In this document: positions 1-8,766 of the stretch, in pieces | Position numbering within the stretch: position 1 is the first letter of the stretch | Layout of the letters: each line of letters opens with the position of its first letter | From: Balneolaceae bacterium | GTDB taxonomy: Bacteria; Bacteroidota; Rhodothermia; Balneolales; Balneolaceae | Length of the DNA: 38,269 nt | Direction of reading: 5' to 3' | NCBI GenBank assembly: GCA_035312505.1 | Contig: DATGBT010000022.1 | Coordinates: forward strand, 1-38,269 | The notes under the pieces: model-generated | The model's database searches: none | What the model was told of the DNA's origin: nothing | Seen by the model: the letters and a program-made list of their open reading frames with translations, nothing else | Translations under genes and position numbers: made by a program

Positions 1-57
1 CATTACATCAGGATACATATTCTGACGTGTGATGTGCTAACCTATGGAGCGGCTTAA
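1..57 (+). CDS. Possible 3' end of an upstream CDS truncated by the window edge (HYIRIHILTCDVLTYGAA*)
   Basis: Frame 1 is open from base 1 to TAA at 55-57 and is followed by a terminator-like hairpin. Too short to identify. Confidence 0.35.
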   Translation, partial: HYIRIHILTCDVLTYGAA

Positions 58-78
58 ATAAGCTGTAAACCAACATCC

Positions 79-130
79 AAATCCGGTTGATTCTATCATT
101 TTTCAAAGAATCAGCCGGATTTTCTTATTT
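79..130 (+). terminator. Intrinsic terminator
   Basis: Stem AAATCCGGTTGATTCT (79-94) / AGAATCAGCCGGATTT (107-122) with one G-U pair, followed by a T-rich tail. Confidence 0.7.
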
Positions 131-203
131 CAGCTAAAAAATGCAATTATAAGAGAACGGTACCTCAACAGACTGAAAGTTTTCAAAGACCAAATGAGGC
201 ATT

Positions 204-638
204 ATGAAATTCTTAGATGTAAAGGAAGGAGTACAAACTGTTGAGAGAAGAGATCAGAAAACGAATCAAACCATGAATAAAACCCCGAAAAAGTTTCTGA
301 ACAACATTGCCCTCATAAAGATAACCGATTTTTTTGATGAGTACATAAAATTCAGCCGACATGAGGTCACGGAAATGATTCAAACCTTAGATAAAAACCG
401 ACAATTTAAATTCGAAAACCGAGAGTGTGTTGAAAGCACTCTGGAAATGAACAGCCGCTCGAAAGAACCACTTTCTGAATGTTTAAACGAGTCGGTCAAC
501 AACACTTATTACAGCCCTGACAAGCATACAGCCAAACCAAACTTTCTAAACATCTTTTTAAATCTGATTGTCAGATGGCTCCCGGGTGAAGCAAATATCC
601 GATCAAAAGCCCCATCGAATCTGCCAATCCATTTTTAA
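204..638 (+). CDS. Hypothetical protein, 144 aa (doubtful)
   Basis: ORF fills the gap between the terminator and the clpB promoter. No recognisable motif. Confidence 0.35.
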   Translation: MKFLDVKEGVQTVERRDQKTNQTMNKTPKKFLNNIALIKITDFFDEYIKFSRHEVTEMIQTLDKNRQFKFENRECVESTLEMNSRSKEPLSECLNESVNNTYYSPDKHTAKPNFLNIFLNLIVRWLPGEANIRSKAPSNLPIHF

Positions 639-739
639 AGAATACGAAATCGGCAGAACTCTGACAGCTTTCAGTGTAAAATCTGCAATTATGGTTTCTC
701 TATAAACGCTTTCTGCAAATCCGACAGTGAAAACCGTTG

Positions 740-755
740 AGGTACGGTTTTAGCA
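740..755 (+). promoter_or_regulatory. Candidate sigma-54 (-24/-12) promoter of clpB
   Basis: AGGTACGGTTTTAGCA has GG (741-742)-N10-GC (753-754) and resembles TGGCACG-N4-TTGC. It lies about 33 nt before the start codon. Confidence 0.5.
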
Positions 756-787
756 AATCATCATAATAAAATAAACACAATACTATT

Positions 788-3427
788 ATGATGAACTTCA
801 ATAAATTTACGATCAAAGCCCAGGAAGCCGTACAGGCGGCACTGGAACTTGCTCAGAACGAGAATCACCAGGCGGTAGAACCGGCCCATATTTTAAAAGC
901 ACTGCTCACCGATTCAGAAAACGTCACTGTTGGCGTGCTGAAAAAGCTGGGAGTTTCAGTTCCCGGACTGATATCTGAGATCGATAAAATCATCAAACGT
1001 TTTCCCATTGTGAAGGGGGCTTCGGTTTCGGGTCAGTATCTTTCCAATCAAACCAAAGAGCTCTTTGATACTGCCCAGAAAGAGGCTGATGCTCTGTCTG
1101 ACGAATACATCAGCTCAGAACACATCCTGCTTGCAGTAACACAAACAAAATCTGAAACGAGTACGCTTCTGAAGGATCGCGGAGTGTCCAAAAACCAGCT
1201 TTTAAAAATATTGAAAGAGGTTCGCGGTACTCAAAAGGCAGACGACCCCAACGCTGAAAGCCGATACCAGGCGCTTCAGAAATATGCCAGAAATCTGAAT
1301 GATCTCGCAGAAAAGAACAAGCTTGATCCCGTGATTGGACGAGATCAGGAGATTCGCAGGGTGATGCAGATTCTATCCAGAAGAACAAAGAATAACCCGG
1401 TTTTGATAGGTGAACCCGGTGTGGGTAAAACTGCCATTGCCGAGGGCCTTGCATTGCGTATCGTGCGCGGTGATGTGCCCGAGGGATTAAAAACAAAACA
1501 GGTAGTTGCACTTGACATGGGTGCACTGGTTGCGGGTACTAAATTTCGGGGGGAGTTCGAGGAGCGCCTGAAAGCCGTTGTGAAGGAGGTTATGGACTCT
1601 GACGGTGAGCTGATTCTCTTTATAGATGAGATTCATACCCTGGTTGGTGCCGGCGCAACCGAAGGATCTATGGATGCCGCGAATATTCTAAAACCATCAC
1701 TAGCGCGCGGTGAGCTGCACGCTATCGGTGCTACCACTCTTACAGAGTACCGCAAATATATTGAAAAAGACAAAGCCCTTGAACGCAGGTTGCAAACCGT
1801 CTTTGTGGGTGAGCCTACCATTGAAGATACAGTCTCCATTTTAAGAGGGCTGCAGGAACGCTACGAGGTACACCATGGCGTGAGAATTACCGATGCAGCT
1901 ATCGTTGCAGCAGCTGAGTTGTCTCACAGATATATATCCGACAGGTTTCTGCCGGATAAAGCGATTGACCTGATTGATGAAGCGGCATCACGTTTACGCC
2001 TTCAAATCGATTCCATGCCCGAAGAGCTCGACAGTATTGAGCGGCAAATTCGTCAGCTGGAAATTGAGAGGGAGGCTCTTAAGCGCGAAAAAGATGAGGC
2101 TAAACTCAAAAGCAACGAGAAAGAGCTGGCAGATCTTGAGGAAAAAAGAAAATCGATGAGGGCTCAGTGGGATCTGGAAAAAGGACTGATCCAAAAAACA
2201 CGCGAAATGAAACAGGCCATAGAAACCGCCCGGAATCAAGCCGATCGTGCTGAAAGGGAGGGGCAGTATGAAAAAGTGGCTGAGTTGCGCTACGGTACTA
2301 TTTCGCAGCTCGAGAAAGATCTTGAACGTACAAAAGCCGAGCTGGATGATGTTCAGGAAGGCCGTTCACTCCTGAAAGAGCAGGTTGAAGCCGAGGAGAT
2401 TGCCGATATTGTGTCGAAATGGACGGGAATTCCTGTAACCAAAATGCTTTCCAGCGAGCGTCAAAAATTATTGATGCTTGAGGAAGAACTCCACAAACGG
2501 GTGATTGGGCAGGATCAGGCAATTGAAGCCGTATCTGACGCCGTAAGACGCGCCCGTGCCGGATTGCAGGATGATCAGCGCCCTATCGGTTCGTTTATGT
2601 TTCTGGGTTCTACCGGTGTGGGTAAAACGGAGTTGGCACGGTCGCTTGCAGATTTTCTGTTTAATGACGAAGATGCCATGATTCGCATCGACATGAGTGA
2701 GTATATGGAGAAACATAGTGTAAGCCGGTTAATTGGTGCACCTCCCGGATACGTTGGATATGATGAAGGGGGCCAGCTCACTGAATCTGTTCGCAGAAAG
2801 CCCTACTCAGTGGTACTGCTGGACGAGATAGAAAAAGCACACCCAGATGCGTTCAATATTCTTTTGCAGGTGCTGGATGATGGCCGACTGACCGATAATA
2901 AAGGCGTAACGGTTGATTTTACCAACACCATAATTATCATGACCAGCAACATCGGTTCGCACCTTATTTCAGAAGAGATTGAGAAGAGCAAGGGCGAGAT
3001 GGATGAAAGTACCTACAGAAAACTGCAGGACAGGCTTCTGGAGCAGCTCCGAAAGACGATACGACCCGAGTTTCTCAATCGGATCGATGATGTCGTGATC
3101 TTCCATCCGCTCGACCAGCGACATATCCGTCAAATTGTGGATATTCAGCTTCGAAGAGTCGAAAAATTACTTGGTAAAAACCGGGTGACACTTTCGGTTT
3201 CTGATGCGGTAAAAGACTGGCTTGCCGTTCGTGGATTCGATCCTGTTTATGGTGCGCGGCCGTTAAAAAGAGTGATCCAAACGCAGATTGTGAATCAGCT
3301 TGCCAAGCAGCTTATTCAGCGCGAGGATGATTCAAAAAACATGGAATTTGAAGCGACTGTATCAGATGACGATGAGAAAATAGAGTTTGCTGAAGTTTTT
3401 AATGATGTAAGTGAGTGGGCAGATTAA
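788..3427 (+). CDS. clpB: ATP-dependent chaperone/disaggregase ClpB
   Basis: Clp N-domain, two AAA+ modules (GEPGVGKT / LFIDEIH; GSTGVGKT / LLDEIEKAH), coiled-coil middle domain, pore loop [10 protein letters not shown]-terminal GARPLKR. 879 aa. Confidence 0.98.
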   Translation: MMNFNKFTIKAQEAVQAALELAQNENHQAVEPAHILKALLTDSENVTVGVLKKLGVSVPGLISEIDKIIKRFPIVKGASVSGQYLSNQTKELFDTAQKEADALSDEYISSEHILLAVTQTKSETSTLLKDRGVSKNQLLKILKEVRGTQKADDPNAESRYQALQKYARNLNDLAEKNKLDPVIGRDQEIRRVMQILSRRTKNNPVLIGEPGVGKTAIAEGLALRIVRGDVPEGLKTKQVVALDMGALVAGTKFRGEFEERLKAVVKEVMDSDGELILFIDEIHTLVGAGATEGSMDAANILKPSLARGELHAIGATTLTEYRKYIEKDKALERRLQTVFVGEPTIEDTVSILRGLQERYEVHHGVRITDAAIVAAAELSHRYISDRFLPDKAIDLIDEAASRLRLQIDSMPEELDSIERQIRQLEIEREALKREKDEAKLKSNEKELADLEEKRKSMRAQWDLEKGLIQKTREMKQAIETARNQADRAEREGQYEKVAELRYGTISQLEKDLERTKAELDDVQEGRSLLKEQVEAEEIADIVSKWTGIPVTKMLSSERQKLLMLEEELHKRVIGQDQAIEAVSDAVRRARAGLQDDQRPIGSFMFLGSTGVGKTELARSLADFLFNDEDAMIRIDMSEYMEKHSVSRLIGAPPGYVGYDEGGQLTESVRRKPYSVVLLDEIEKAHPDAFNILLQVLDDGRLTDNKGVTVDFTNTIIIMTSNIGSHLISEEIEKSKGEMDESTYRKLQDRLLEQLRKTIRPEFLNRIDDVVIFHPLDQRHIRQIVDIQLRRVEKLLGKNRVTLSVSDAVKDWLAVRGFDPVYGARPLKRVIQTQIVNQLAKQLIQREDDSKNMEFEATVSDDDEKIEFAEVFNDVSEWAD

Positions 3428-3428
3428 A
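3202..3428 (+). repeat. Left copy of direct repeat (intact clpB 3' end)
   Basis: Aligns with 10953-11167. The last 106 nt (3323-3428 vs 11062-11167) differ at a single base. Confidence 0.95.
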
Positions 3429-3483
3429 ATAGAGTGAAAAAGTGAAAGGTTAAAAAGACAAATGAAATAGGTTCTCAAAGAGT

Positions 3484-3515
3484 GTCGGGCTCCAGTCAGA
3501 GTCCGACTATTTCAT
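3484..3515 (+). terminator. Hairpin after clpB, probable terminator between convergent genes
   Basis: GTCGGGCTC-cagtca-GAGTCCGAC followed by TATTT. Confidence 0.5.
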
Positions 3516-3661
3516 AAGCAGGCCACTTTTCACTATATCTTTTTTGCGTTTTGCATTTTCCATCAGCCACAATTCATCAACCACCTTATTGTGTTCTCCA
3601 TTAGAGGATAATCTAAGAGGAAATGAGCATTTTTAAACGTCATCCAACGTAAGCAGGATGG

Positions 3662-4219
3662 TTAAACCTGACCATAACCGTTTATTACATGGTTTGTTTG
3701 TATCTCAAGTCCTGCCTTTAAGGTCTGTAAATTTACACAGCTGTATTCTGCATGGCGAAGCAATTTCTCTATTTTTTTAGGATCGAATTCGTCCTCAGCC
3801 CGAATATCTACATTACACTGCATGGATTGAAAGCCAACGGGTACGTCCCGGTCAACCACCAGTGTACCGCGCACATCAACGTTTGCGGTCACTTCCACCT
3901 CCAGCTTTTTCAGAGTAATATGCATGCGGTTTGCAATCAAACGGATGGTCGAATCCAGGCAGGTCGCCAGTGCCGCACATAGCATATCCCCGGGATTGGG
4001 CGCATCGTGATAACCACCCACCGCGCGATGAACGCCAAACTTCCATGCTACTCCATGATCTATACTGCCCGGCTTTATGCGTCCGTGCCACGGATCATTC
4101 AGATCGTAGCCTGTGGTAATCGCCCGGTCGGTAATCATTGCGTCTTCAGGACTTTCTTTATAGTGTTCCTGTAAGGGTTGCTGTCGTTTTTGCACGGGTT
4201 CTGCGCTTTGTGATTTCAT
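3662..4219 (-). CDS. OsmC/Ohr family protein (both conserved Cys present)
   Basis: GG..DAPNPGDMLCAALATC, VEVTANVDVRG and AEYSCVNLQTL motifs. Confidence 0.85.
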   Translation of the reverse strand: MKSQSAEPVQKRQQPLQEHYKESPEDAMITDRAITTGYDLNDPWHGRIKPGSIDHGVAWKFGVHRAVGGYHDAPNPGDMLCAALATCLDSTIRLIANRMHITLKKLEVEVTANVDVRGTLVVDRDVPVGFQSMQCNVDIRAEDEFDPKKIEKLLRHAEYSCVNLQTLKAGLEIQTNHVINGYGQV

Positions 4220-4288
4220 AGTATAAAGTCCATTTTAATTAAGAGTGATTAATTTATTGCTTTCTGATGGTCTAAAAAGCATTCCGTT

Positions 4289-5122
4289 CTACATGGATTT
4301 ATTTTGGCGTTTTATTCCTTTTGCAATCACAAATTCTCCGGGAACGTCGTAGCTCTTTATGTCTCTGAAAGGCTCAATTGAATCCAGATATTCACGCTGT
4401 ACTTCTTTCTTGGTCTGGTCATCAAACTTTCGATAGGCGAGGGCAACAGCCCCTCCCAAAAAAGCGGCAGTGCAGGCTTGTTCAGCATCATGGAAGTGCA
4501 AATCATAGGAAAAACGGTTGGAAGTGATCTCTTGAAACCCCGCTTTTTTGAAAGCTTCTGAAAGCAGACCACCACGTCCCAACTGAAAAAATAACGGACA
4601 AACTTCCGACTTTACCCGCCGGTCTGTGATGGGAAAAATTTCTGCCCATCCACATTTCTTTCTTTCTCCCCAAACCAAAGCCACTGCCCGTCCGCCTGGT
4701 TTTAACACCCTGAACATTTCACCCAACGCTTTTTCAGGATGAGGATAGTACATTAATCCCAATGAGCAAATGCCCAGATCGAATGTATTATTCAGAAAAT
4801 CGAGGTTTTCGGCATTCATATTCTTGAGAGCGATATTTCCAATATCCCGTTGGTTTACCCTGGAACGGACTTCATCAATCATGCCCTCCGAAAGATCAAT
4901 TCCTGTAACCATCCCGTCAGGTTGAATGATCTCGGCCATTGGAATGGTAACCAACCCGGTGCCACAAGAAATATCCAGTACGGTTTCGCCAGATTGCGGA
5001 TCTGCTTCAGCCAAAAGACTTTCCTGGGCTGGCCAGAGTTGTTCTTGCCAGCCGGTCTCGTAGTAGGTTGAGGCTTTGTCCCAGCCATAGCGTTGTATTC
5101 GTCGCTGCAGTTCGGGTTTCAT
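4289..5122 (-). CDS. Class I SAM-dependent methyltransferase (UbiE-like fold)
   Basis: Motif I VLDISCGTG, GIDLSEGM, NAENL..FD, EMFRVLKPGG. Confidence 0.9.
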   Translation of the reverse strand: MKPELQRRIQRYGWDKASTYYETGWQEQLWPAQESLLAEADPQSGETVLDISCGTGLVTIPMAEIIQPDGMVTGIDLSEGMIDEVRSRVNQRDIGNIALKNMNAENLDFLNNTFDLGICSLGLMYYPHPEKALGEMFRVLKPGGRAVALVWGERKKCGWAEIFPITDRRVKSEVCPLFFQLGRGGLLSEAFKKAGFQEITSNRFSYDLHFHDAEQACTAAFLGGAVALAYRKFDDQTKKEVQREYLDSIEPFRDIKSYDVPGEFVIAKGIKRQNKSM

Positions 5123-5178
5123 AACAATTAATGTTGAATTTTGACTCTAGAATTATTGATTGTGCATGGTTTATAATC

Positions 5179-5580
5179 TTAAAGTGCTGCAAGCACAGCA
5201 TATACAAGGATTCCGGCACTGATAAGAATAAGCGGTGTTCCGGCAGACGAAATTTTGTATCCAATTGATTTCTCTCCGAATGCATCTTCAACACATTGAA
5301 GCCAGTTGAGCGTGAGCCCGAGGTCGAATAAGACTACACCACCAACAAAGAGTGAGGCAGCAATCGTCTCAATCCAAGATGCAAGCATTGAAAAATCAAA
5401 TGCAATTGTTAAAGCCAAAAGCATGCCACCCTGAATTAGCGCTGCGAGGTGCGCAGCTAACAGGTACCGCGGTGCTCTTGAAGCTTTCTCCCGTGCCAGT
5501 GCCATCGGAATTCCAAGCAAAAAACCATAGGTTAGAATGAACATGCCTCCTATAATGAGTATTTGATTTGCGTTATCCAT
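5179..5580 (-). CDS. Small 4-TM membrane protein, possibly related to styrene oxide isomerase StyC
   Basis: Four hydrophobic segments, with AAHLAALIQGGMLLAL in helix 2. The family call is tentative. Confidence 0.65.
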   Translation of the reverse strand: MDNANQILIIGGMFILTYGFLLGIPMALAREKASRAPRYLLAAHLAALIQGGMLLALTIAFDFSMLASWIETIAASLFVGGVVLFDLGLTLNWLQCVEDAFGEKSIGYKISSAGTPLILISAGILVYAVLAAL

Positions 5581-5643
5581 ATAGCTTCTTTCGTTCAGGT
5601 TCGGACTTAAATGGAATCTTTGAACATGGACATATATTCGATT

Positions 5644-6168
5644 TCATGGTGTTATCTCTTTTGATTTGATATTAATCTCTCGTTTGAGTGGGATCGGTCG
5701 CCTAAAATCATCCAGAACGGGACTGTGGGCATCCGCTTTTTTGATCAATTCCCTGATATTGTCTTCCGAAGCCGAACTCTCGATGAAGACTTTATATCGA
5801 AGCTCTTTAAAGCCGGGTGAATCTTCACCCAACCCAAACTGTCCGCGGGCGTCAAAATCGGACTCGATATCAACCTCAATATTATCGATGGGAATCTCCA
5901 AATGTGCGGCCCATGTTGCATATCCAATTGCCAGACAACTACCGAGAGCGCCACGTTCGAGAATTCCGGGCCCCGGGCCGGCATCGTTTCCGCCCTCTGC
6001 TGTGCCTATGTCACAAATCAGTTTTTTCCCACTGGCAGTGATTTCGCAAGTGGTTCCGTCACGCACCCGGACTTTTGTAACAGCAGTACTTTGCCCGATT
6101 GAAGGCCGCTTTTCCAGGGCCTTTTTATTTCGCTGAAATGCTTTTTTGATTGTTTGTGAATCTGCCAT
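5644..6168 (-). CDS. OsmC family protein (second Cys replaced by Ser)
   Basis: GGNDAGPGPG..GALGSCLA, DFDARG, DAHSPVLD. Confidence 0.85.
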   Translation of the reverse strand: MADSQTIKKAFQRNKKALEKRPSIGQSTAVTKVRVRDGTTCEITASGKKLICDIGTAEGGNDAGPGPGILERGALGSCLAIGYATWAAHLEIPIDNIEVDIESDFDARGQFGLGEDSPGFKELRYKVFIESSASEDNIRELIKKADAHSPVLDDFRRPIPLKREINIKSKEITP

Positions 6169-6186
6169 AACTACATTCTTTTTTTA

Positions 6187-6612
6187 TTAAAAAAGAAAGA
6201 CGCGGGCGGAGTCCAACCCAATGGGCACCCGTTTTGCAACTATTTTGCTGTTTGTTGTAGAGGCTTCAACAATGCAAAATGCTTCTCCTGGATTATGTCC
6301 TGTAGCTGTGCCATTACTTTGCACGGTGAACACATCGGTGTCGCTGGAGTACCAATTCCATTCAACATTCAATTCATCATTTATTGTATCTCCAGACGCA
6401 GAGATCACGAATGCAGAAAAGTTTAACTCTTCATTAACTTCAAATGTGGCTTCCTGAGGATCGATGACAACCTCAGCGCCTTCAAGCGCCTCATCTTCAG
6501 GTTCAGTGGGGTTGTCATCATCACAACCTGTGGCCATCAGCATACCGGTTAATGCTATTATTGTGATGAGCAATACTGTAATGTGTGTGTATAGTGTATT
6601 TGAATAAATCAT
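6187..6612 (-). CDS. Lipoprotein with a bacterial Ig-like (Big_2-type) domain
   Basis: Hydrophobic signal peptide, lipobox ATG-C followed by DDD, and the Ig group 2 pattern WYSSDTDVFTV..NG.ATG..PGEA. Confidence 0.75.
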   Translation of the reverse strand: MIYSNTLYTHITVLLITIIALTGMLMATGCDDDNPTEPEDEALEGAEVVIDPQEATFEVNEELNFSAFVISASGDTINDELNVEWNWYSSDTDVFTVQSNGTATGHNPGEAFCIVEASTTNSKIVAKRVPIGLDSARVFLF

Positions 6613-6657
6613 AATAGTTTGATCATTTCTGATTTAACCTATGTTCAATTAAACTTT

Positions 6658-8088
6658 TCAAGCCGGCGTGATATTCTGGTTTGTACAGAAGAAATTTTCC
6701 GGATCGTATGCAGCTTTCACCTGCTGCAGCCGTTCATAATTTCGTCCGTAGGCCGCTTGTGTCAGTGTTTCTTTTTCTTCTCCGAACCCGGCAAAGTTAA
6801 TATAGACCCCTCCGGATGTCTGGTCATGAAGATTGCCCCACACTTTTCGGGTCCATGCAATCATTTCATCGTTTTTTTCGGGGTTTTGCCAGGTATTATC
6901 GATACTGATATTAAACATGGCATCACGGTTACCATAGGCGGTCGCTTCTTCGGGTACTCTTCGCATTGCGCCACCCAGGATGCGAAGTGCGAAAAGACAT
7001 TGCTTCGAGGGTTTTTCAGCAGCGTGCTCCACAATTTTATCGATCACTTCGTCACTCATGGTATCAGCAAAGAGTGATTTCCAATAATAGAGTTGTCCAT
7101 CCGCAAACAGCGGATCCAAATCACTTTGCATTTCTACATACGGCTGCGGGCCGCTCATATCTTCAATAGGGGTACCCATTTCCGAAACCGGTTGAAATAG
7201 TTGTTCTCCTTTATCCACAGGCCCGGCATACATTCCGGCAATAATTACTACCGGCGCCCAATGCATTTCAGCTGGCACATCCGGCAGCGGTGGCATGCCC
7301 CAGATATAGGCATCGCAGGTTACTTCTTCCGGTGCATTAAGAGCAAAGTCTCGCCATTTTCGAAGCACAGACGATGCATCCTCAAAAGGATATATGGTAA
7401 GGGCTCCATAGATTTCCGGACCAAGCGGGTACAGACGAAATTCAAAAGAGGTAACTATACCAAAATTTCCACCGCCTCCACGAATCGCCCAAAAGAGGTC
7501 TTCGTTTTCATTCTCGCTGGCAGTGATAACTCGGCCATCAGCAGTTACAACCTCAACCGAGAGTAGATTGTCGCATGAGAGTCCCCACATACGTCGTAAA
7601 TAGCCCATTCCGCCGCCCAGCGTGAGGCCGGCTACACCGGTCATTGAGACTTGGCCGCCAGGGGTAACCAGTCCGTGAAGCTGTGTTTCTCTGTCGAGGT
7701 CTCCCCAATCTGCACCAGGCTGGACGCGAGCAGTACGCTCATCGGGATCAACATAAATGCCTTTCATTGAAGATAGGTCAATGACCAACCCTTTATCACA
7801 GACTGCATTACCTGCAACATTATGGCCGCCGCTTCGCACAGAAATCAGAAGATTATTCTCATGTGCAAAATTGACTGAACTAACTACATCAGATGTATTT
7901 CGGCATTGAACAATAAGAGCCGGCCGTTTATCGATTAAACCGTTCCAGACCGAACGAGCTCCCTCGTAAGTTCTACTTTGAGAAGTGATAAGATCACCAC
8001 GAATGCGGGTATTCAAATCCTCCAGCTTCTCTTTTTTTAATGTTACTTTTTCTTTGTCTAAGGTGATTGCTTCTATCATTTTCAACAC
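6658..8088 (-). CDS. FAD-linked oxidoreductase, VAO/BBE family (6-hydroxy-D-nicotine oxidase-like)
   Basis: RSGGHN (covalent FAD His), GVAGLTLGGG, LFWAIRGGGGNFGIVT, and C-terminal BBE motif YINF...YERL..VK..YDPENFF. Confidence 0.93.
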   Translation of the reverse strand: MLKMIEAITLDKEKVTLKKEKLEDLNTRIRGDLITSQSRTYEGARSVWNGLIDKRPALIVQCRNTSDVVSSVNFAHENNLLISVRSGGHNVAGNAVCDKGLVIDLSSMKGIYVDPDERTARVQPGADWGDLDRETQLHGLVTPGGQVSMTGVAGLTLGGGMGYLRRMWGLSCDNLLSVEVVTADGRVITASENENEDLFWAIRGGGGNFGIVTSFEFRLYPLGPEIYGALTIYPFEDASSVLRKWRDFALNAPEEVTCDAYIWGMPPLPDVPAEMHWAPVVIIAGMYAGPVDKGEQLFQPVSEMGTPIEDMSGPQPYVEMQSDLDPLFADGQLYYWKSLFADTMSDEVIDKIVEHAAEKPSKQCLFALRILGGAMRRVPEEATAYGNRDAMFNISIDNTWQNPEKNDEMIAWTRKVWGNLHDQTSGGVYINFAGFGEEKETLTQAAYGRNYERLQQVKAAYDPENFFCTNQNITPA

Positions 8089-8131
8089 AGTAATATTTTT
8101 TAATTTTCGAATTGTAATTTTAATCCGGTTT

Positions 8132-8578
8132 TTAGTTCACAGGAAACGCGTCAACTGGTTTGTTGAATGCGATAAAAAGAATACAGGGATCGTCTGAAAG
8201 ACAAGAAGCGGTGTGTGGTTTCTCCGGAGGCCCATAGGCGTACATCCCTGTTCGGATAACTTTTGGGCTTTGCCCTTTATAGTTCACTTCCATTTTACCG
8301 GATACCAGAACCATCCGTTCGGCTGAGTGGTGCCAGTGATTGGGTACGCTGGAGTTCCCCTCCATTTTAAAAAAAATATCGGCATTTGGTTTTGCGGGAT
8401 TGCCCTGAAGAACAGTGATTTCACAACTATCAGGCATAAAGTCCGGGCAACTGCCCCACTGGAGCTGCTCACTTTCAGCCGTTCTGGTTAACGACATATT
8501 GTTCTGAGCCGTGATGGAATAGGGTATTATTGAGATGATAGTTGTTAGCAAAAGCAGGACACATTTAAGTTTATTCAT
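8132..8578 (-). CDS. Secreted cupin-domain protein (DUF4437-like)
   Basis: Signal peptide and cupin metal motifs PNHWHHSAE.MVLVSG and YGPPEKPH. Confidence 0.8.
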   Translation of the reverse strand: MNKLKCVLLLLTTIISIIPYSITAQNNMSLTRTAESEQLQWGSCPDFMPDSCEITVLQGNPAKPNADIFFKMEGNSSVPNHWHHSAERMVLVSGKMEVNYKGQSPKVIRTGMYAYGPPEKPHTASCLSDDPCILFIAFNKPVDAFPVN

Positions 8579-8691
8579 GACACTCTTGTTTTGATTCTAA
8601 ATTTGAATTGAATGGTCAAAAGCAGATATTTCTGCTTCCTGAAAGTCATGTAAAAACCTACTATATGAGAGTTTGAGTGGCAATTATTAGC

Positions 8692-8713
8692 AGGTCAACA
8701 ATAGGTAAACAAT
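8692..8713. promoter_or_regulatory. Tandem 11-bp direct repeat, candidate operator for the cassette regulator
   Basis: AGGTCAACAAT AGGTAAACAAT lies between the regulator stop and the first operon gene. Confidence 0.45.
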
Positions 8714-8766
8714 GAGTTTTGAGAGAGGTTTTTGGCCTGAAAATCGAGCAACAAACAGCTTTATAC

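Noticed and set aside
204-638. Orphan ORF as a novel clpB regulator
   Set aside because: No motif or other support. Its 3' end overlaps candidate clpB regulatory boxes and it may be non-coding.
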